Shown here in pieces: positions 39,701 to 49,631 of a stretch of DNA of 64,000 nucleotides. Source of the DNA: an uncultured virus (IMG/VR IMGVR_UViG_3300042887_005646) (Duplodnaviria; Heunggongvirae; Uroviricota; Caudoviricetes); IMG/VR virus record IMGVR_UViG_3300042887_005646. The stretch is one strand, 5' to 3'. Positions within the stretch are counted from its first letter, which is position 1. Each line of letters starts with the position of its first letter. Made by a program: the position numbers and the translations under genes. The notes below the pieces were generated by a model. That model was given only the letters and a program-made list of their open reading frames with translations. It was not told where the DNA came from and ran no database searches.

Positions 39701-40166
39701 AGAGGGTGAGCCTATATTTGAAACGCGAGGGGCATATGGAATTGTGTTCCAAGGCACGGCGCCTCTATTTTCGGTGGATGTGTGGAGCGAAAAGGACCGC
39801 TATGGTGGCCTGTTCCCTGGCGAAACTCCTGATGACTGGAAAGAGACCTTCAAAGAGGGTTTCTTAGACGCGGACAACTCCAGAATAGTACGTCTGAACA
39901 TACTAGAGGGGTTTGAGCGGCCCTATGTAATACGAAAATTTAAAAACGCGGGAATACCGGTACACTCAGTAGAGGGCAGCGAGAAGGCCAAAAAACGCTT
40001 AGCTAAATTTCGCCCGGATGCCGCCACTTATAAAAAAGCGCTCAGCAAAATAGAACCTAGAGATGACTCTGGCAGAATAGCAAACCCCAGCACCTGCCGC
40101 GTATGTGGGCAGCACGCTACTCTTATGTCCCGCAGCGGCGCGCCTATCTGCGAAGATTGTTATTAA
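36744..40166 (+). CDS. Large pentapeptide repeat protein + putative ADP-ribosyltransferase-like domain + C4 zinc finger
   Basis: 1140 aa; same N-cap; LWIHMT, LCVSPY, YGIVF, KEGFLD; CRVCG...CEDCY. Confidence 0.85.
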   Translation: MAIDPKTGTGIVNGYQIGPGADLRGADLRGADLTGANLREADLTGAILHRASIIDAHLTDAVLVDTDFSFSTIEGSRVNGTIVNCNFDNARIAGAVGGISEAFIWNSSFKKTTFSETSITASELLECDFTGSEFYVKAREGAQQIEPNGFIGCTLNIKIDNSHLSYWTFTNCQGYIKAGNCEILYCEFLMSDLLGSEFIKNEFNSTQFSKCNLEGVEFSFVEKTKKSNKKDASYTATFAAVSLSLQFCNLSSSSFKLLTAFALDLFGSDLTYSDFSGARIEVIRIAGAQFMGANWSNVEILWHDYMMDVTGGGPGFEDLCPLFMPEADVKEYLETDDYELYIKKFKSNMDAGILASDIDKVEKERDSFYKELKKRANFLAKMASAGKEFDADFLAKVASADKEFYADFLAKVGSAGKEFSVDFLAKMARAGKEYPADIRNRVKLKAVEAFPEIFDVLDEQAEIENDLHTRILKAWLKSPVGTTGGFYKICNDQRHLGKSTIIADFTGANLDGAIFNALKSVGGLRLNKASMKKAELVKCDLIYADFVETDLRGATILDSVFNGIMFQLADLRGTTIIGSVINGNFKDADLKGAKILGSSFLSSDLSEAKNLKGDTLARAYLSNATKLPPNFKQSEHIYLRGLKVGPDASLAGADLHGTNLLGVNLEGADLSGANLEGADLSYANLLETNLQGANLNKTTLDRTKIIKSDLSDAKLIKAKIKGTNNKVKLKIKNTNLSHADLSDARMRYISIMDSDLSHANISGAKADYVGIAQSDASNLNAKKMKARSIHLYKNDLTNADFSGSRMQGAFIRNKLKNTSFDGAFLGGPLSGQDDELDDEPVNFTFGAENKFIKTGFRGARLNATDFTLVEDLGSSDFSNARIIKPKFGHGTDARRASFANAKFLLDRPFEEGGSISSSESSFMLPSLMPKNLREHLKGDIDKHAAARKKAIEADPRYLGMRTGLWIHMTNQPQTKYVGELCVSPYEEGEPIFETRGAYGIVFQGTAPLFSVDVWSEKDRYGGLFPGETPDDWKETFKEGFLDADNSRIVRLNILEGFERPYVIRKFKNAGIPVHSVEGSEKAKKRLAKFRPDAATYKKALSKIEPRDDSGRIANPSTCRVCGQHATLMSRSGAPICEDCY
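37874..38053 (+). repeat. 45-nt coding tandem repeat x4 (FLAKxxxAxKExxxD)
   Basis: ttttcttgctaag(a/g)tgg...gctg(g/a)caaagaat repeated 4 times. Confidence 0.9.
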
Positions 40167-40175
40167 GGAGCAGCT

Positions 40176-41306
40176 ATGTCATTAGGGCCAGACGGGACGG
40201 GCACAATAGGCACCAGTCAAAAATATAATATTCGCCCGGGCGAAGATCTAAGCAATAATAGGGCTCTAGTTAATAGAGACCTGCGGGGCGCTAACCTGTC
40301 TTACGCAAACTTGTCAGGTTCTCTGCTTTCAGGCTCAGACTTATCCGGCGCCAATTTAAGATGCGCCAAATTACACAATGCAGAGCTCGAGGGAGTGAAT
40401 CTTAGTGGCGCTGACCTTACGGGCGCTATCTTTAATGACGCTGACTTGAGCGGGGCAAACTTGGTGGGGGCTAATGGCGCTTGCGGCGATCATGGCCCAA
40501 TACGCCTGCGAACAATTTTTAGATCAGCGGACTTAAGCGGCGCTGACCTTACTGACTCTATTTTCAATGGCGCAGACTTCAATAAAGCGAACTTGCGGGG
40601 AGCCATTTTAGAAAACGCGGACCTAAGCGATGCGTTCCTTTTAGATGCGCGCCTAATAGATGCAGACCTGACAGATGCTAATCTTAAAAATGCCCATTTA
40701 GTGAACACTAAATTAACCAGGGCAAATATGGAGAGGGCTAACCTCGATGGGACAAACATACCGGGCGCTATTTTTGACGGCGCTATCCTCATAGGGGCAT
40801 CTATGAGTCGCTTTAAAGTGGCAAGCTCTTCTTATGATACCGTTAGTCGTTCCTGGGTGGTTTCAAAATGCCCCCCTTCTCCGAAAATGACTATCTCTAT
40901 GAGGGGCGTAGATATGCGAGAGTTTGCAGATTACTCAGTGGACCACTTTTTAAGCGCGTCATCAAAGACCACTATGATAAATACTATTTTTAATCGCCAA
41001 GACCACTACGGCTTAGAGGATTTCATAAAGGCGAACCCGCTGACTTTATTTTTGAGCGAGGTAGGGCTCGATCTCAGCTTTATTATAGCTGCTGCCTCAG
41101 ATGGCTACGCAGAATACTTAAACTCTGAGCTGGATAAACTAGAAGACCGAATCATTGCTTTAACGGGCTGCAAAAAAGGAAATAAACCCTCTGCCACGAT
41201 AAAGCGAGCTCTAGATTACCGCCCGGAAATGGCAGATGAGATATTTGATGAGGTGGACAGGACTGTCGATGAGTGTCTTTCTAGAAGAGATATGCGGCTG
41301 CTATAA
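40176..41306 (+). CDS. Pentapeptide repeat protein + conserved C-terminal helical domain
   Basis: 376 aa; AAGGAG SD; C-terminus aligns by eye with 41403, 60538, 61541, 62650. Confidence 0.88.
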   Translation: MSLGPDGTGTIGTSQKYNIRPGEDLSNNRALVNRDLRGANLSYANLSGSLLSGSDLSGANLRCAKLHNAELEGVNLSGADLTGAIFNDADLSGANLVGANGACGDHGPIRLRTIFRSADLSGADLTDSIFNGADFNKANLRGAILENADLSDAFLLDARLIDADLTDANLKNAHLVNTKLTRANMERANLDGTNIPGAIFDGAILIGASMSRFKVASSSYDTVSRSWVVSKCPPSPKMTISMRGVDMREFADYSVDHFLSASSKTTMINTIFNRQDHYGLEDFIKANPLTLFLSEVGLDLSFIIAAASDGYAEYLNSELDKLEDRIIALTGCKKGNKPSATIKRALDYRPEMADEIFDEVDRTVDECLSRRDMRLL

Positions 41307-41393
41307 GACAGCTATCTTTTATCTGTGCTATGCAGGCAGCACGCGACTCTTACGTCCCGCAGCGGCGCGCCTATTTGCGAAGATTGTTATTGA
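41307..41393 (+). pseudogene. Orphan zinc-finger cassette remnant, in frame behind the stop of 40176..41306
   Basis: Translates DSYLLSVLCRQHATLTSRSGAPICEDCY*, nearly identical to the end of 36744..40166. Confidence 0.8.
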
Positions 41394-41402
41394 GGTATTA
41401 AT

Positions 41403-42536
41403 ATGTGGCATGCTGAATATAAAAAGAGACCTGAACGCCCGCGCTCTATTCGGCATCCGGACGGCTTTATTATAGGGCCCCGAGCGGACCTGCGCGGTAA
41501 GAATCTGTCCGGCATGGATCTTAGCTTTGTCGACCTGCGCGAAGCTGACATACGCGAGGCTAATTTTAACGACTCTGATTTAACGGGCGCAGATTTTAGA
41601 GATGCCACAGGGGATGAGGCCTCCTTTAAGAGAGCTATCTTAACGGACGCCCATCTCTATGGCGCAGTACTTAGAAAAGCTAACTTTGAGGGCGCCATAA
41701 TAAAGGGGGCTTTTTTTAATAGTTCTTATTTAGGGGAGTGTAATTTATCCGGCGTAGTGACGCAGAGCGACGATTATAGTCTTAACGATATGACCTATTT
41801 TATTGACACCACTCTGGTAGGGGCCTCTCTAGTTTCTGCCAAAATAAAAACAGTAACCTTTGAATCTTCGAACCTAAGCTCAGCTAATCTCGAGAATGCC
41901 GAACTAGATGACATAGCATTTAGCTATTGTGCCATGCATAACGTTAATTTAAAAAATGCTAAAATATCTTACTGCTCTTTAGTATATGCGAGACTCCAGG
42001 GCGCTGATTTTTCGGGCGCCCATATCTACGCTAGCGACTTGTCCGACGCCCTATTTTTACATAGTAATAACCTCGGGGGCCCTAATCTTAAAGACACAAT
42101 TTTTAATTTTTGTTATTTTACTGACAGCACCTATATGGAAATTGTAGAAGAGCTGGGCGGCACAATAACTAATTGTGTAGATTATGATAAATTTGAGGTT
42201 GCAGAGGTAATAGTTGCAGATTTTGCAGAAGGCATGGGCTTGGATCCCGCCGAGCTAGGTCTCATCGATCTCGCTTATTTAGGTGATAGAGGTGAGCCCC
42301 TGCCCTATATATCTTGGCCGTATGATAAGAGCATAAAAGACTCCATGCTGGTAAATAGCGTACTCGAGTCGCTGGAGCTCGCTGCCTGTGAGTTAGCGCA
42401 AGTCAAAAAAAGAGGTACTGTCGCCGAGACTGTTACTAGGGCGATGTATGCCGCGCCGGCCGTATCGGATACTATTTTAGGTATGGCCTATGAAGCTCTC
42501 GAGATATGTATAAAGATAATAGACTCCCAAGACTAA
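41403..42536 (+). CDS. Pentapeptide repeat protein + conserved C-terminal helical domain
   Basis: 377 aa; GAGGT SD; repeats followed by a helical domain ending EALEICIKII. Confidence 0.88.
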   Translation: MWHAEYKKRPERPRSIRHPDGFIIGPRADLRGKNLSGMDLSFVDLREADIREANFNDSDLTGADFRDATGDEASFKRAILTDAHLYGAVLRKANFEGAIIKGAFFNSSYLGECNLSGVVTQSDDYSLNDMTYFIDTTLVGASLVSAKIKTVTFESSNLSSANLENAELDDIAFSYCAMHNVNLKNAKISYCSLVYARLQGADFSGAHIYASDLSDALFLHSNNLGGPNLKDTIFNFCYFTDSTYMEIVEELGGTITNCVDYDKFEVAEVIVADFAEGMGLDPAELGLIDLAYLGDRGEPLPYISWPYDKSIKDSMLVNSVLESLELAACELAQVKKRGTVAETVTRAMYAAPAVSDTILGMAYEALEICIKIIDSQD

Positions 42537-42575
42537 TCTGCTATATTGACTAACAATATAAGCTAGGGACCAAGA

Positions 42576-43259
42576 ATGAAAAGAAATTACTTCAACATGT
42601 ACTCCGACATGTACGCCCCTGGCCGCGAAGAATACGAATTCTACAGCCGCGCGAGTAACCCAGAAAACGACGGCGGACTCGTGAATGGCTGCGGTACGGT
42701 GGGTGGCTATTATATTGGCCCCGGTGCTGATCTTAGAGAGGCTGTTCTTACTGACGCCGACCTTAAAGGCGCTAACCTCAGAGGGGCTAATCTTAAAGGC
42801 GCCATACTCTGGAGAGCAAACCTTAAACTGGCTTTCTTAGAAGACGCTGACTTAAGGGGCGCTATTTTAGACAGGGCTGACTTATCCCGGGCGCACCTCG
42901 AAAGAGCGCGCTTAGACGGCGCCGATCTCTCAGAGGCAATACTTAGCCGCGCCTATCTGACGGAGGCAAAGCTGCCGCGAGCCACGCTCACAGGCGCTGA
43001 TCTTGAAGGGGCCTTCATGCAGAACACGGCAATTAACGACGCCGACTTAATGAACGCAAATCTTAGAGAGGCCAAGTTAGCCTACGCTAACTTATCTAGG
43101 TCTAATCTAACTTCCGCTGATCTATCTTACGCTAATTTATACGGCGCTGAGCTGTCGCGGACCGAAGTCTGGGACGCGGACTTTACCGGCACAGTCCTAG
43201 ACGGCGCAAAGATCCCGCCCAGAACTATGGCATACATACGAACTAGACGCGGAAATTAA
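42576..43259 (+). CDS. Pentapeptide repeat protein with N-terminal RASNP leader
   Basis: 227 aa. Confidence 0.92.
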   Translation: MKRNYFNMYSDMYAPGREEYEFYSRASNPENDGGLVNGCGTVGGYYIGPGADLREAVLTDADLKGANLRGANLKGAILWRANLKLAFLEDADLRGAILDRADLSRAHLERARLDGADLSEAILSRAYLTEAKLPRATLTGADLEGAFMQNTAINDADLMNANLREAKLAYANLSRSNLTSADLSYANLYGAELSRTEVWDADFTGTVLDGAKIPPRTMAYIRTRRGN

Positions 43260-43310
43260 ACCCAATCTACGAATCGATCTACAAATCGATCTACAAAATT
43301 AAGGCAAAAA

Positions 43311-43736
43311 ATGAATAAAAGAAATAATAGAACAAGACCTGCACGCAAAGGCTCTGACGGAAATGCCTTCTTCCCTATGGGGTCTCAGCCCTATATGCCT
43401 GATACCAGCTATACGCTCCGGCCTTCTGGCGAAAACGCATTCTTCGGAAGCGGAGCTCAGCAGTCAATCTCTCATGCCAGCCCTACGCGCCGGTCCTCTG
43501 GCGAAAACGGATTCTTCGGAATGCGAAGCGCGCCGATTGTTTTACCGGCAACGGTCTTTAGCTCTAGCCCAAACACGCCCACGGTATTCAACCCGGCGGA
43601 GTCGGCGCTAGTAAAAGCGTCTTCGGAACTCGGCTCAATAAGAACAGAGAAAAAGAGCAATTGGCTCTCTATCTTCCTGGCCGCAGCCGCTGGCGGCCTT
43701 CTGACCTATTACATCGTGACTAAACTAGCTAAATAA
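43311..43736 (+). CDS. Hypothetical protein with three R..S..N(A/G)FF repeats and a C-terminal TM helix
   Basis: 141 aa; WLSIFLAAAAGGLLTYYIV. Confidence 0.75.
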   Translation: MNKRNNRTRPARKGSDGNAFFPMGSQPYMPDTSYTLRPSGENAFFGSGAQQSISHASPTRRSSGENGFFGMRSAPIVLPATVFSSSPNTPTVFNPAESALVKASSELGSIRTEKKSNWLSIFLAAAAGGLLTYYIVTKLAK

Positions 43737-43745
43737 GGACCCTGC

Positions 43746-44471
43746 ATGGCTAGCAAGAAAAATTATTACCTAATAGCGGCCGCGGCAATTGGCGCGATTT
43801 TCGTCATTAGGAAGCTTGCCGCTCAGCCTCCGTCTGGGCAAGCCGAGCTGCCTGGCGGCCAGGACACAGTCACTGGAGGTTACACACCTAAGGCCCTCAC
43901 TGCTTCCGCAGCCCAGGGCGCGCCGCTAGATCTCAAGGGCCAGCGCGTTCTTCTTGTAGGCTCCTCTTCCACGCTCATGATTGAAAAAGCGCTCAAGGCA
44001 GCGCTTCTAGCAGAGGGCATCGGAGAGTTTAAGAATGTCGGCGTGGGCGGCACGACGATTCGTAAATGGAGCGACAATAGCTTTAAAGAGGGTAAGACCC
44101 TTGAGGCAGAGCTTGCTAGCTACAAGCCGTCGCTGGTTATAATTATCCTCGGCACCAACGACGAGGGCGCTAGGCAGACAAAGTATAACGGCCCTACCTA
44201 CGACGTGGCCAAAGCCAACGCCAAGAGCGTCGCCCGTTTCAAGAAAAAGCTAGAGGGCGTGCGCAGTATCTTCATAGGCATGCCCAAGCCTGATCTCTGG
44301 ACGCTGGACCGGAATTTCAGAGATATGTTGGCGGCGACCTGGGGTCCCGACTTCTTCCGCACCGAAGACCTCGGGCTTCAGAAAGCGGGTGACAAGTTGC
44401 ACCTTTCTCCGAGCGGCTACAAGAATTTGGTCGACGCGCTCATGCCCTGGCTCAGGCAGAAAAAGGGTTAA
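43746..44471 (+). CDS. Membrane-anchored SGNH/GDSL hydrolase-like protein
   Basis: 241 aa; N-terminal TM; LLVGSSS, GVGG, LGTND, DKLH blocks. Confidence 0.82.
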   Translation: MASKKNYYLIAAAAIGAIFVIRKLAAQPPSGQAELPGGQDTVTGGYTPKALTASAAQGAPLDLKGQRVLLVGSSSTLMIEKALKAALLAEGIGEFKNVGVGGTTIRKWSDNSFKEGKTLEAELASYKPSLVIIILGTNDEGARQTKYNGPTYDVAKANAKSVARFKKKLEGVRSIFIGMPKPDLWTLDRNFRDMLAATWGPDFFRTEDLGLQKAGDKLHLSPSGYKNLVDALMPWLRQKKG

Positions 44472-44473
44472 CA

Positions 44474-45277
44474 ATGGCATCAAGGCGGCGTAATCCTAGT
44501 TCAGATTTGCTTATGATGGGCGCTGCCTTTATCGGCTCGTTTTTCGTCGCACGAACTGCCGTAGCGCGGCCCGGCTCCGGAGCAGGCTCCATGAGCCCAC
44601 TTCCGAGCGCGGCCTTGCCCGCGCAAAATAGCCCTCCGCAGCCGACGATACCCGGCCCGGTACTTCCTCAGTCGAGCGGACCTCAGTCTCTTTCTAAGCA
44701 CCGGCCCATAGACATGACCGGGCAGCGCGTTCTTCTTATCGGCGACTCGCTGGGCGTGGGAGTCGGTCCGGTCCTGGAGCGTGAGCTTCGTCCGCTCGGT
44801 ATCGCCAGCTTCAAGAACATCTCCGTTGGCGGCACAAATATAATGCAGTGGGTGGTCGGGAGATACCAGCAGTGCAAGGACCTAGACGCGGCCTTGGCCT
44901 CCTATAAGCCAACGATCGTCTTTATAAGTCTCGGCACAAACGACGAGTCCTCTCGCAGCTATATAATAATGGGTAAACCCTTTGTGCTTCCCTACGGGCC
45001 GACCTTCGATGTTGCCAAGCAGCGCGCGCCCCACGTTGCTAAAATGCGGGAAAAGCTAGCAGGCGTTAAGAGTATCTGGCTCGGCCCCCCGATCTCTCAC
45101 CCGGACAAGTGGCCGGCTGACAGAAAGTTTAGAGATATGATTGCTGGTTCCTGGGGCGAGGACTATTTTAATACCGAGGCTGTTGCCCCGGCAAAGACCG
45201 GCGACAAAATACACTTCACAGGCACGGGAAATAAGACCTGGGCGAGCGCAATCGCAAACTGGATTCGCGGCGGCTAG
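44474..45277 (+). CDS. Membrane-anchored SGNH/GDSL hydrolase
   Basis: 267 aa; LLIGDSL, SVGG, LGTND, DKIH blocks; paralog of the upstream gene. Confidence 0.87.
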   Translation: MASRRRNPSSDLLMMGAAFIGSFFVARTAVARPGSGAGSMSPLPSAALPAQNSPPQPTIPGPVLPQSSGPQSLSKHRPIDMTGQRVLLIGDSLGVGVGPVLERELRPLGIASFKNISVGGTNIMQWVVGRYQQCKDLDAALASYKPTIVFISLGTNDESSRSYIIMGKPFVLPYGPTFDVAKQRAPHVAKMREKLAGVKSIWLGPPISHPDKWPADRKFRDMIAGSWGEDYFNTEAVAPAKTGDKIHFTGTGNKTWASAIANWIRGG

Positions 45278-45322
45278 ATTTAGCGCTTGTGTGTGTTTTA
45301 TTCTCCCAAAGCACGGGACAAC

Positions 45323-45350
45323 TTGACGGCTTTGGGTGTTTTTGTACGAT
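45323..45350 (+). promoter_or_regulatory. Sigma70-type promoter candidate
   Basis: TTGACG-16 nt-TACGAT upstream of 45383. Confidence 0.45.
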
Positions 45351-45382
45351 TAAATTGCTGCAATAATTAATAGGAGTCTATC

Positions 45383-46423
45383 ATGTACGGAAGACATAGA
45401 AATGGATTAGGTATAGATCCCGCAACGGGCGCCGGCACTGTTATTGGTGGGGCGTATGGAAGGAAATATGAGATTGGGCCCAGGGCGAACCTGAGGGGGG
45501 AGGACCTGACGGGGGCGAACCTGGAGGGGGCGAACCTGGAGGGGGCGAAGCTGAGGGGGACGGACCTGAGGGGGGCGGACCTGACGGGCGCGCAGCTGAG
45601 GGGGGCGGACCTGAGGGGGGCGGACCTGAGGGGGGCGGACCTAACGGGGGCGAACCTAACGGGGGCGGACTTGGAGGGGGCGAAGCTGAGGGAGGAGTCC
45701 CCATGGGAGGCGGAGCTGAGGGAGGGGTCCCCACGGGAGGCGCACCTGAAGGGGGCGCACCTGAAGGGGGCGAACCTGACGGGGGCAAACCTTAATGACG
45801 CGTGCCTTTACAATGCGAGCCTGCAGGGGGCGACCCTGGATGGGGCGCACCTAGAGGAGGCGCGCCTTTACAAGGCGAGCCTGGCGGGGGCGAGCCTGAA
45901 GGGGGCGCACCTGAAGGGGGCGAACCTTACTTTGGTGGAGCTGAAGGGGGCGGACCTTACTGAGGCGGACCTTACGGGGGCGCGGCTGCAGGGGGCGGAT
46001 CTGTATGAGGCAATCCTCGTCGGGGCGGACCTAACGGGGGCGAACCTGACGGGGGCGTTCCTGGAGGATTACGGCGGTAGGGCGGGGGGTCTGGATGCGG
46101 ACCTGCGTAGGGCGAACCTGGAGGGGGCAATCTTTGTAAATGCAAAAATGGAGGGGGCAAAACTGCTGGGGGCGATTATGAGGGGGGCGGACTTTACGGG
46201 GGCGTGGGGGGCTAGGAATGGCCTGATTTGGGCGAGCCGTGAGGGGGCGGACCTTACTGGCGCAACAATGCCAGACGGCAAGATTTACTCCGGTCGCATC
46301 TCCAACCCCGGCTACGGCTATAACTATGAGGAAGATCCTTACGACGACTCCTCCGGCGGGTTTGGCTATGGCAGAGTAATGAACCCCGGCCACCGGCATC
46401 ATCGCCGTGGCTACGGCCGTTAA
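45383..46423 (+). CDS. Pentapeptide repeat protein with NPG.. His/Arg/Gly-rich tail
   Basis: 346 aa; AGGAG SD; GATMPDG cap; HRHHRRGYGR end. Confidence 0.92.
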   Translation: MYGRHRNGLGIDPATGAGTVIGGAYGRKYEIGPRANLRGEDLTGANLEGANLEGAKLRGTDLRGADLTGAQLRGADLRGADLRGADLTGANLTGADLEGAKLREESPWEAELREGSPREAHLKGAHLKGANLTGANLNDACLYNASLQGATLDGAHLEEARLYKASLAGASLKGAHLKGANLTLVELKGADLTEADLTGARLQGADLYEAILVGADLTGANLTGAFLEDYGGRAGGLDADLRRANLEGAIFVNAKMEGAKLLGAIMRGADFTGAWGARNGLIWASREGADLTGATMPDGKIYSGRISNPGYGYNYEEDPYDDSSGGFGYGRVMNPGHRHHRRGYGR

Positions 46424-46512
46424 TTAGAATTTAGCTCCGCTCCGCCCCGTAGGTTCACACCACGGGGTTTTGGCGGTAAAAGGGTAAATTCACACAAACA
46501 TAGGAGTGTATC

Positions 46513-47577
46513 ATGGGCATGCGTGCTATTGGATTGGATGGAACGGGTATTGTTAACGGCTATCAGATTGGGCCGGGCGCTAACTTGTCGGGCGCTAACT
46601 TGTCGGGCGCGGATTTGCACAACGCGCGCTTGCAGGGCGCGAACTTGGCGGGCGCGAACTTGGAGGACGCGGATTTGCGCGGTGCGCACTTGCAGGGCGC
46701 AAACTTGTCGGGTGCGGACTTGTCGGGCTCGGATTTGTCGGGTGCGACCTTGGAGGGCGCTGACCTGACGGACGCTAACCTGGTGGACGCGAAACTCCCA
46801 TTTTGTGTTTTATATGGCGCTATTTTGAGTGGTGCAGATTTAAGCCACGCAATCTTTGATTTTGCCTACGTTGACCACCAGCATATCCCGCTTATAGTGG
46901 AGGCCTCGAAAAAGGCGCTTCAAAATACGCTTCGCTCCATAGAAGAGAGCGCGGAGATAGAAAGAGGCAGAGGCAGGGCCGGGGCTGGCGCGGTCGGCAA
47001 CGGGTACGATAGAGTCTCGGGTACCATGTCGGAGCGGATGCGCCTGGCTACCATGCCCGAGCAGGAGAGAGCGGAAGATAGGTCCGACTTTCCCGCCGAG
47101 CAGAATAGCCGGAACTCCCGGCTTGGGTTCTTCAACCCCGCTCGCCGCCGCACCCCGAACCCCAGATATAGCGACAACATGCCGGGTACTTATTTAGTAG
47201 ACGGAGTCGGTACTGTCGTAATTCATGACTCCTGGGGGCCCGGAGCCGACGTGGAACACGACATTCATCCCAACGTAGATCTTACTGGCGAATATTTAGG
47301 CCATGTGGATCTTGATGGAGCTAAGCTCTCCTTCGCTGATCTTAGCGACGCCTCTCTCTTTAATGCCTCACTTCGCGGCGCTGACCTTGCACACGCAGTA
47401 CTTAGGGGTACAAATCTCTATGGCGCGGACTTAACGGGCGCGGACTTAACGGGTGCGGACTTAACGGGGGCGGATTTAACGGGCGCTACTATGCCCGACG
47501 GCACGATTTACTCCGGGCGCGCCCCGAACCCCGGGCATCGTCACGGCCATCACCGCGGCCACGGACGTAGACGTTAA
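46513..47577 (+). CDS. Two-module pentapeptide repeat protein with His/Arg tail
   Basis: 354 aa; modules separated by RRRTPNP. Confidence 0.92.
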   Translation: MGMRAIGLDGTGIVNGYQIGPGANLSGANLSGADLHNARLQGANLAGANLEDADLRGAHLQGANLSGADLSGSDLSGATLEGADLTDANLVDAKLPFCVLYGAILSGADLSHAIFDFAYVDHQHIPLIVEASKKALQNTLRSIEESAEIERGRGRAGAGAVGNGYDRVSGTMSERMRLATMPEQERAEDRSDFPAEQNSRNSRLGFFNPARRRTPNPRYSDNMPGTYLVDGVGTVVIHDSWGPGADVEHDIHPNVDLTGEYLGHVDLDGAKLSFADLSDASLFNASLRGADLAHAVLRGTNLYGADLTGADLTGADLTGADLTGATMPDGTIYSGRAPNPGHRHGHHRGHGRRR

Positions 47578-47598
47578 TTTTTACTTAAGGAGTGTATC

Positions 47599-49611
47599 AT
47601 GGCTATTAGAGAAGATGGCACTGGAGAGGTTAAAGGGTATTACATAGGGCCGGACGCAGACTTGCAGGGCGCGCAATTGATGGGCGCCGATTTGGCGGGC
47701 ATGGACTTGCATGGCGCTGACTTGACGGGGGCCTACCTAATGGGCGCTAGCCTGTGGGGAGCGGACCTTACGTACGCAGATTTGCGGGGCGCGAAATTAA
47801 TGGATGCGGATTTGCAGGGCGCCGAGCTTATGGGCGCGGACCTGTCAGGTGCGATGCTTATGGGCGCTAAGCTTAAGATTGCGGACTTAAGAGGAGCGAT
47901 CCTGGATGGTGCAGAGCTGTCGAACGCCGATTTTACGGAAGCTAGCGTTGACCCTGAACATGTTTTGCTGATTAAGGCCGTTCCATCGGCTATTAGCAAT
48001 TCTCTAAAAGTGAGCGACGACCGCGTCCATAACCCCGGCTATCCCGAGATGGCCAGGAAGTATAGCATCACTAAGAATTGGAGCGGTATCTATTGGACGG
48101 GTACAGTCGACGGCGTGCCTATTAGGCCGGAGATCGACCTTACTTTCGAGGATTTCGAGGGCGCGGACCTTGAGAGAGCAAACCTTGAAGAGACGACGTT
48201 AACCAATGCTAACTTAAAAAACACTATTTTGCGTAGGGCAAACCTGCGTAGGGCTAACCTGCGCGGTGCGCGCCTAGAGGGCGCAATCTTAGATTCGGCC
48301 TACCTGGAAGACGCCCGCCTGGTTGGTGCTCACCTGGAGGGTGCGCACCTGTGGAATGCTATACTCTATCGCGCTGACCTGAGCGGGGCGCATCTAGAGG
48401 GAGCGCGTCTAACTGGGGCGCTTCTGGAAAATGCTATTCTTCGCAACGCCCATCTGCAGGGCGCGGACTTTGGGGCTGACCCTAATTACGAATGGGCCGG
48501 CGCTCGCCTAAGACATGCAGACCTGCGTGGCGCAAATCTTACCGGGGCTAACCTTGAAGGCGCCGACCTGACGGACGCTGACTTAAGTGGCGCAATATTA
48601 GATGGCGCTATCATGCCCGATGGCAAGGTCTACGCCAGACGCGCTGCTAATCCAGGCTATCCCGAGACCGAAGAAGAGCGGGAGTTGCGTCACATCCGCG
48701 ATAGGTCATGGCGCCATGAACACCAGGACGCCCCTGAGTATCGCGCACTAGTTAACGCCAACAGCCAGCGGGAGTTAGCGCTGCTAGCCGATCAGTTTGG
48801 GACTAAATTGCATACAGCAGCGCTGCCTACTCAGCGCGAGAAGGTCAGACTCGAGGAAGAACGGCGTGGGTACTTTCATCCCGCAAAGGTGAACGCGCCC
48901 CTCAAGTCCGCTTCCGCCAAGTCCGCACCCGGCTACATGGATTACGACGAGGATCTGGAGGAGCGCCTCTTTGACGCGCAGCTTTGGCAGCGGGAGCACG
49001 GACAGAGCCCCGAGGGTCGCGCTGTCGCTAACGCCAACAGCCAGCGTGAGTTAGGCCTTGTTGCAGATCAGTTTAATCGCAAGATTCCTTGGTACGTTAT
49101 GGTGTCTCGGCGCAGGGAGATCGATAGAGAAAACTCTAGTCGAGGGCTCTTCGCTCCCGCTCGCCGCCGCACCCCGAACCCCGGCCAGCCGCCCGCTTGG
49201 GGGCCTCACCACGATTCCTATTACGCTCACCCTTCGGTTAGAGACCATGTGGCCCTCCGAATCACCCCCGCGGGGCGCGAGCATTTAAAAAATTCGCAAG
49301 GCCCCTCTTTTCATCTAACCGTTTTAGAGCGCCTCTGTGAGGTGCCAAGCCTGCCGCAGTTTGTCCTCGAAGGCGAGCTTGGCGAGACAGTCGGAGGCGA
49401 GTTTGGCGAGCGTAGCCCAAGCGGCGCTATGGTGCATTCTCTCTGTGAAGAGGGGCTTATCGAAGCTTTCATCGAAGACAGGCCCCCACGCCCGCAATAT
49501 GTTGAGCCTTACGAGTACAACTATTACGATAATGACCTCGAATATCTGCACCGCGAGATGCTTAGGCGCCGTAACCCGGGGCACCGCCGCGGCTACGGCC
49601 GTAGACTTTAA
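47599..49611 (+). CDS. Multi-module pentapeptide repeat protein (2 solenoids, duplicated NANSQREL unit, His/Arg tail)
   Basis: 670 aa; four RxxNP junctions. Confidence 0.92.
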   Translation: MAIREDGTGEVKGYYIGPDADLQGAQLMGADLAGMDLHGADLTGAYLMGASLWGADLTYADLRGAKLMDADLQGAELMGADLSGAMLMGAKLKIADLRGAILDGAELSNADFTEASVDPEHVLLIKAVPSAISNSLKVSDDRVHNPGYPEMARKYSITKNWSGIYWTGTVDGVPIRPEIDLTFEDFEGADLERANLEETTLTNANLKNTILRRANLRRANLRGARLEGAILDSAYLEDARLVGAHLEGAHLWNAILYRADLSGAHLEGARLTGALLENAILRNAHLQGADFGADPNYEWAGARLRHADLRGANLTGANLEGADLTDADLSGAILDGAIMPDGKVYARRAANPGYPETEEERELRHIRDRSWRHEHQDAPEYRALVNANSQRELALLADQFGTKLHTAALPTQREKVRLEEERRGYFHPAKVNAPLKSASAKSAPGYMDYDEDLEERLFDAQLWQREHGQSPEGRAVANANSQRELGLVADQFNRKIPWYVMVSRRREIDRENSSRGLFAPARRRTPNPGQPPAWGPHHDSYYAHPSVRDHVALRITPAGREHLKNSQGPSFHLTVLERLCEVPSLPQFVLEGELGETVGGEFGERSPSGAMVHSLCEEGLIEAFIEDRPPRPQYVEPYEYNYYDNDLEYLHREMLRRRNPGHRRGYGRRL

Positions 49612-49631
49612 TTTTACTTAAGGAGTATGTC

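Noticed and set aside
45441..46160. Proline-rich collagen- or extensin-like minus-strand ORFs
   Set aside because: Artefact of G-runs on the coding strand of 45383..46423
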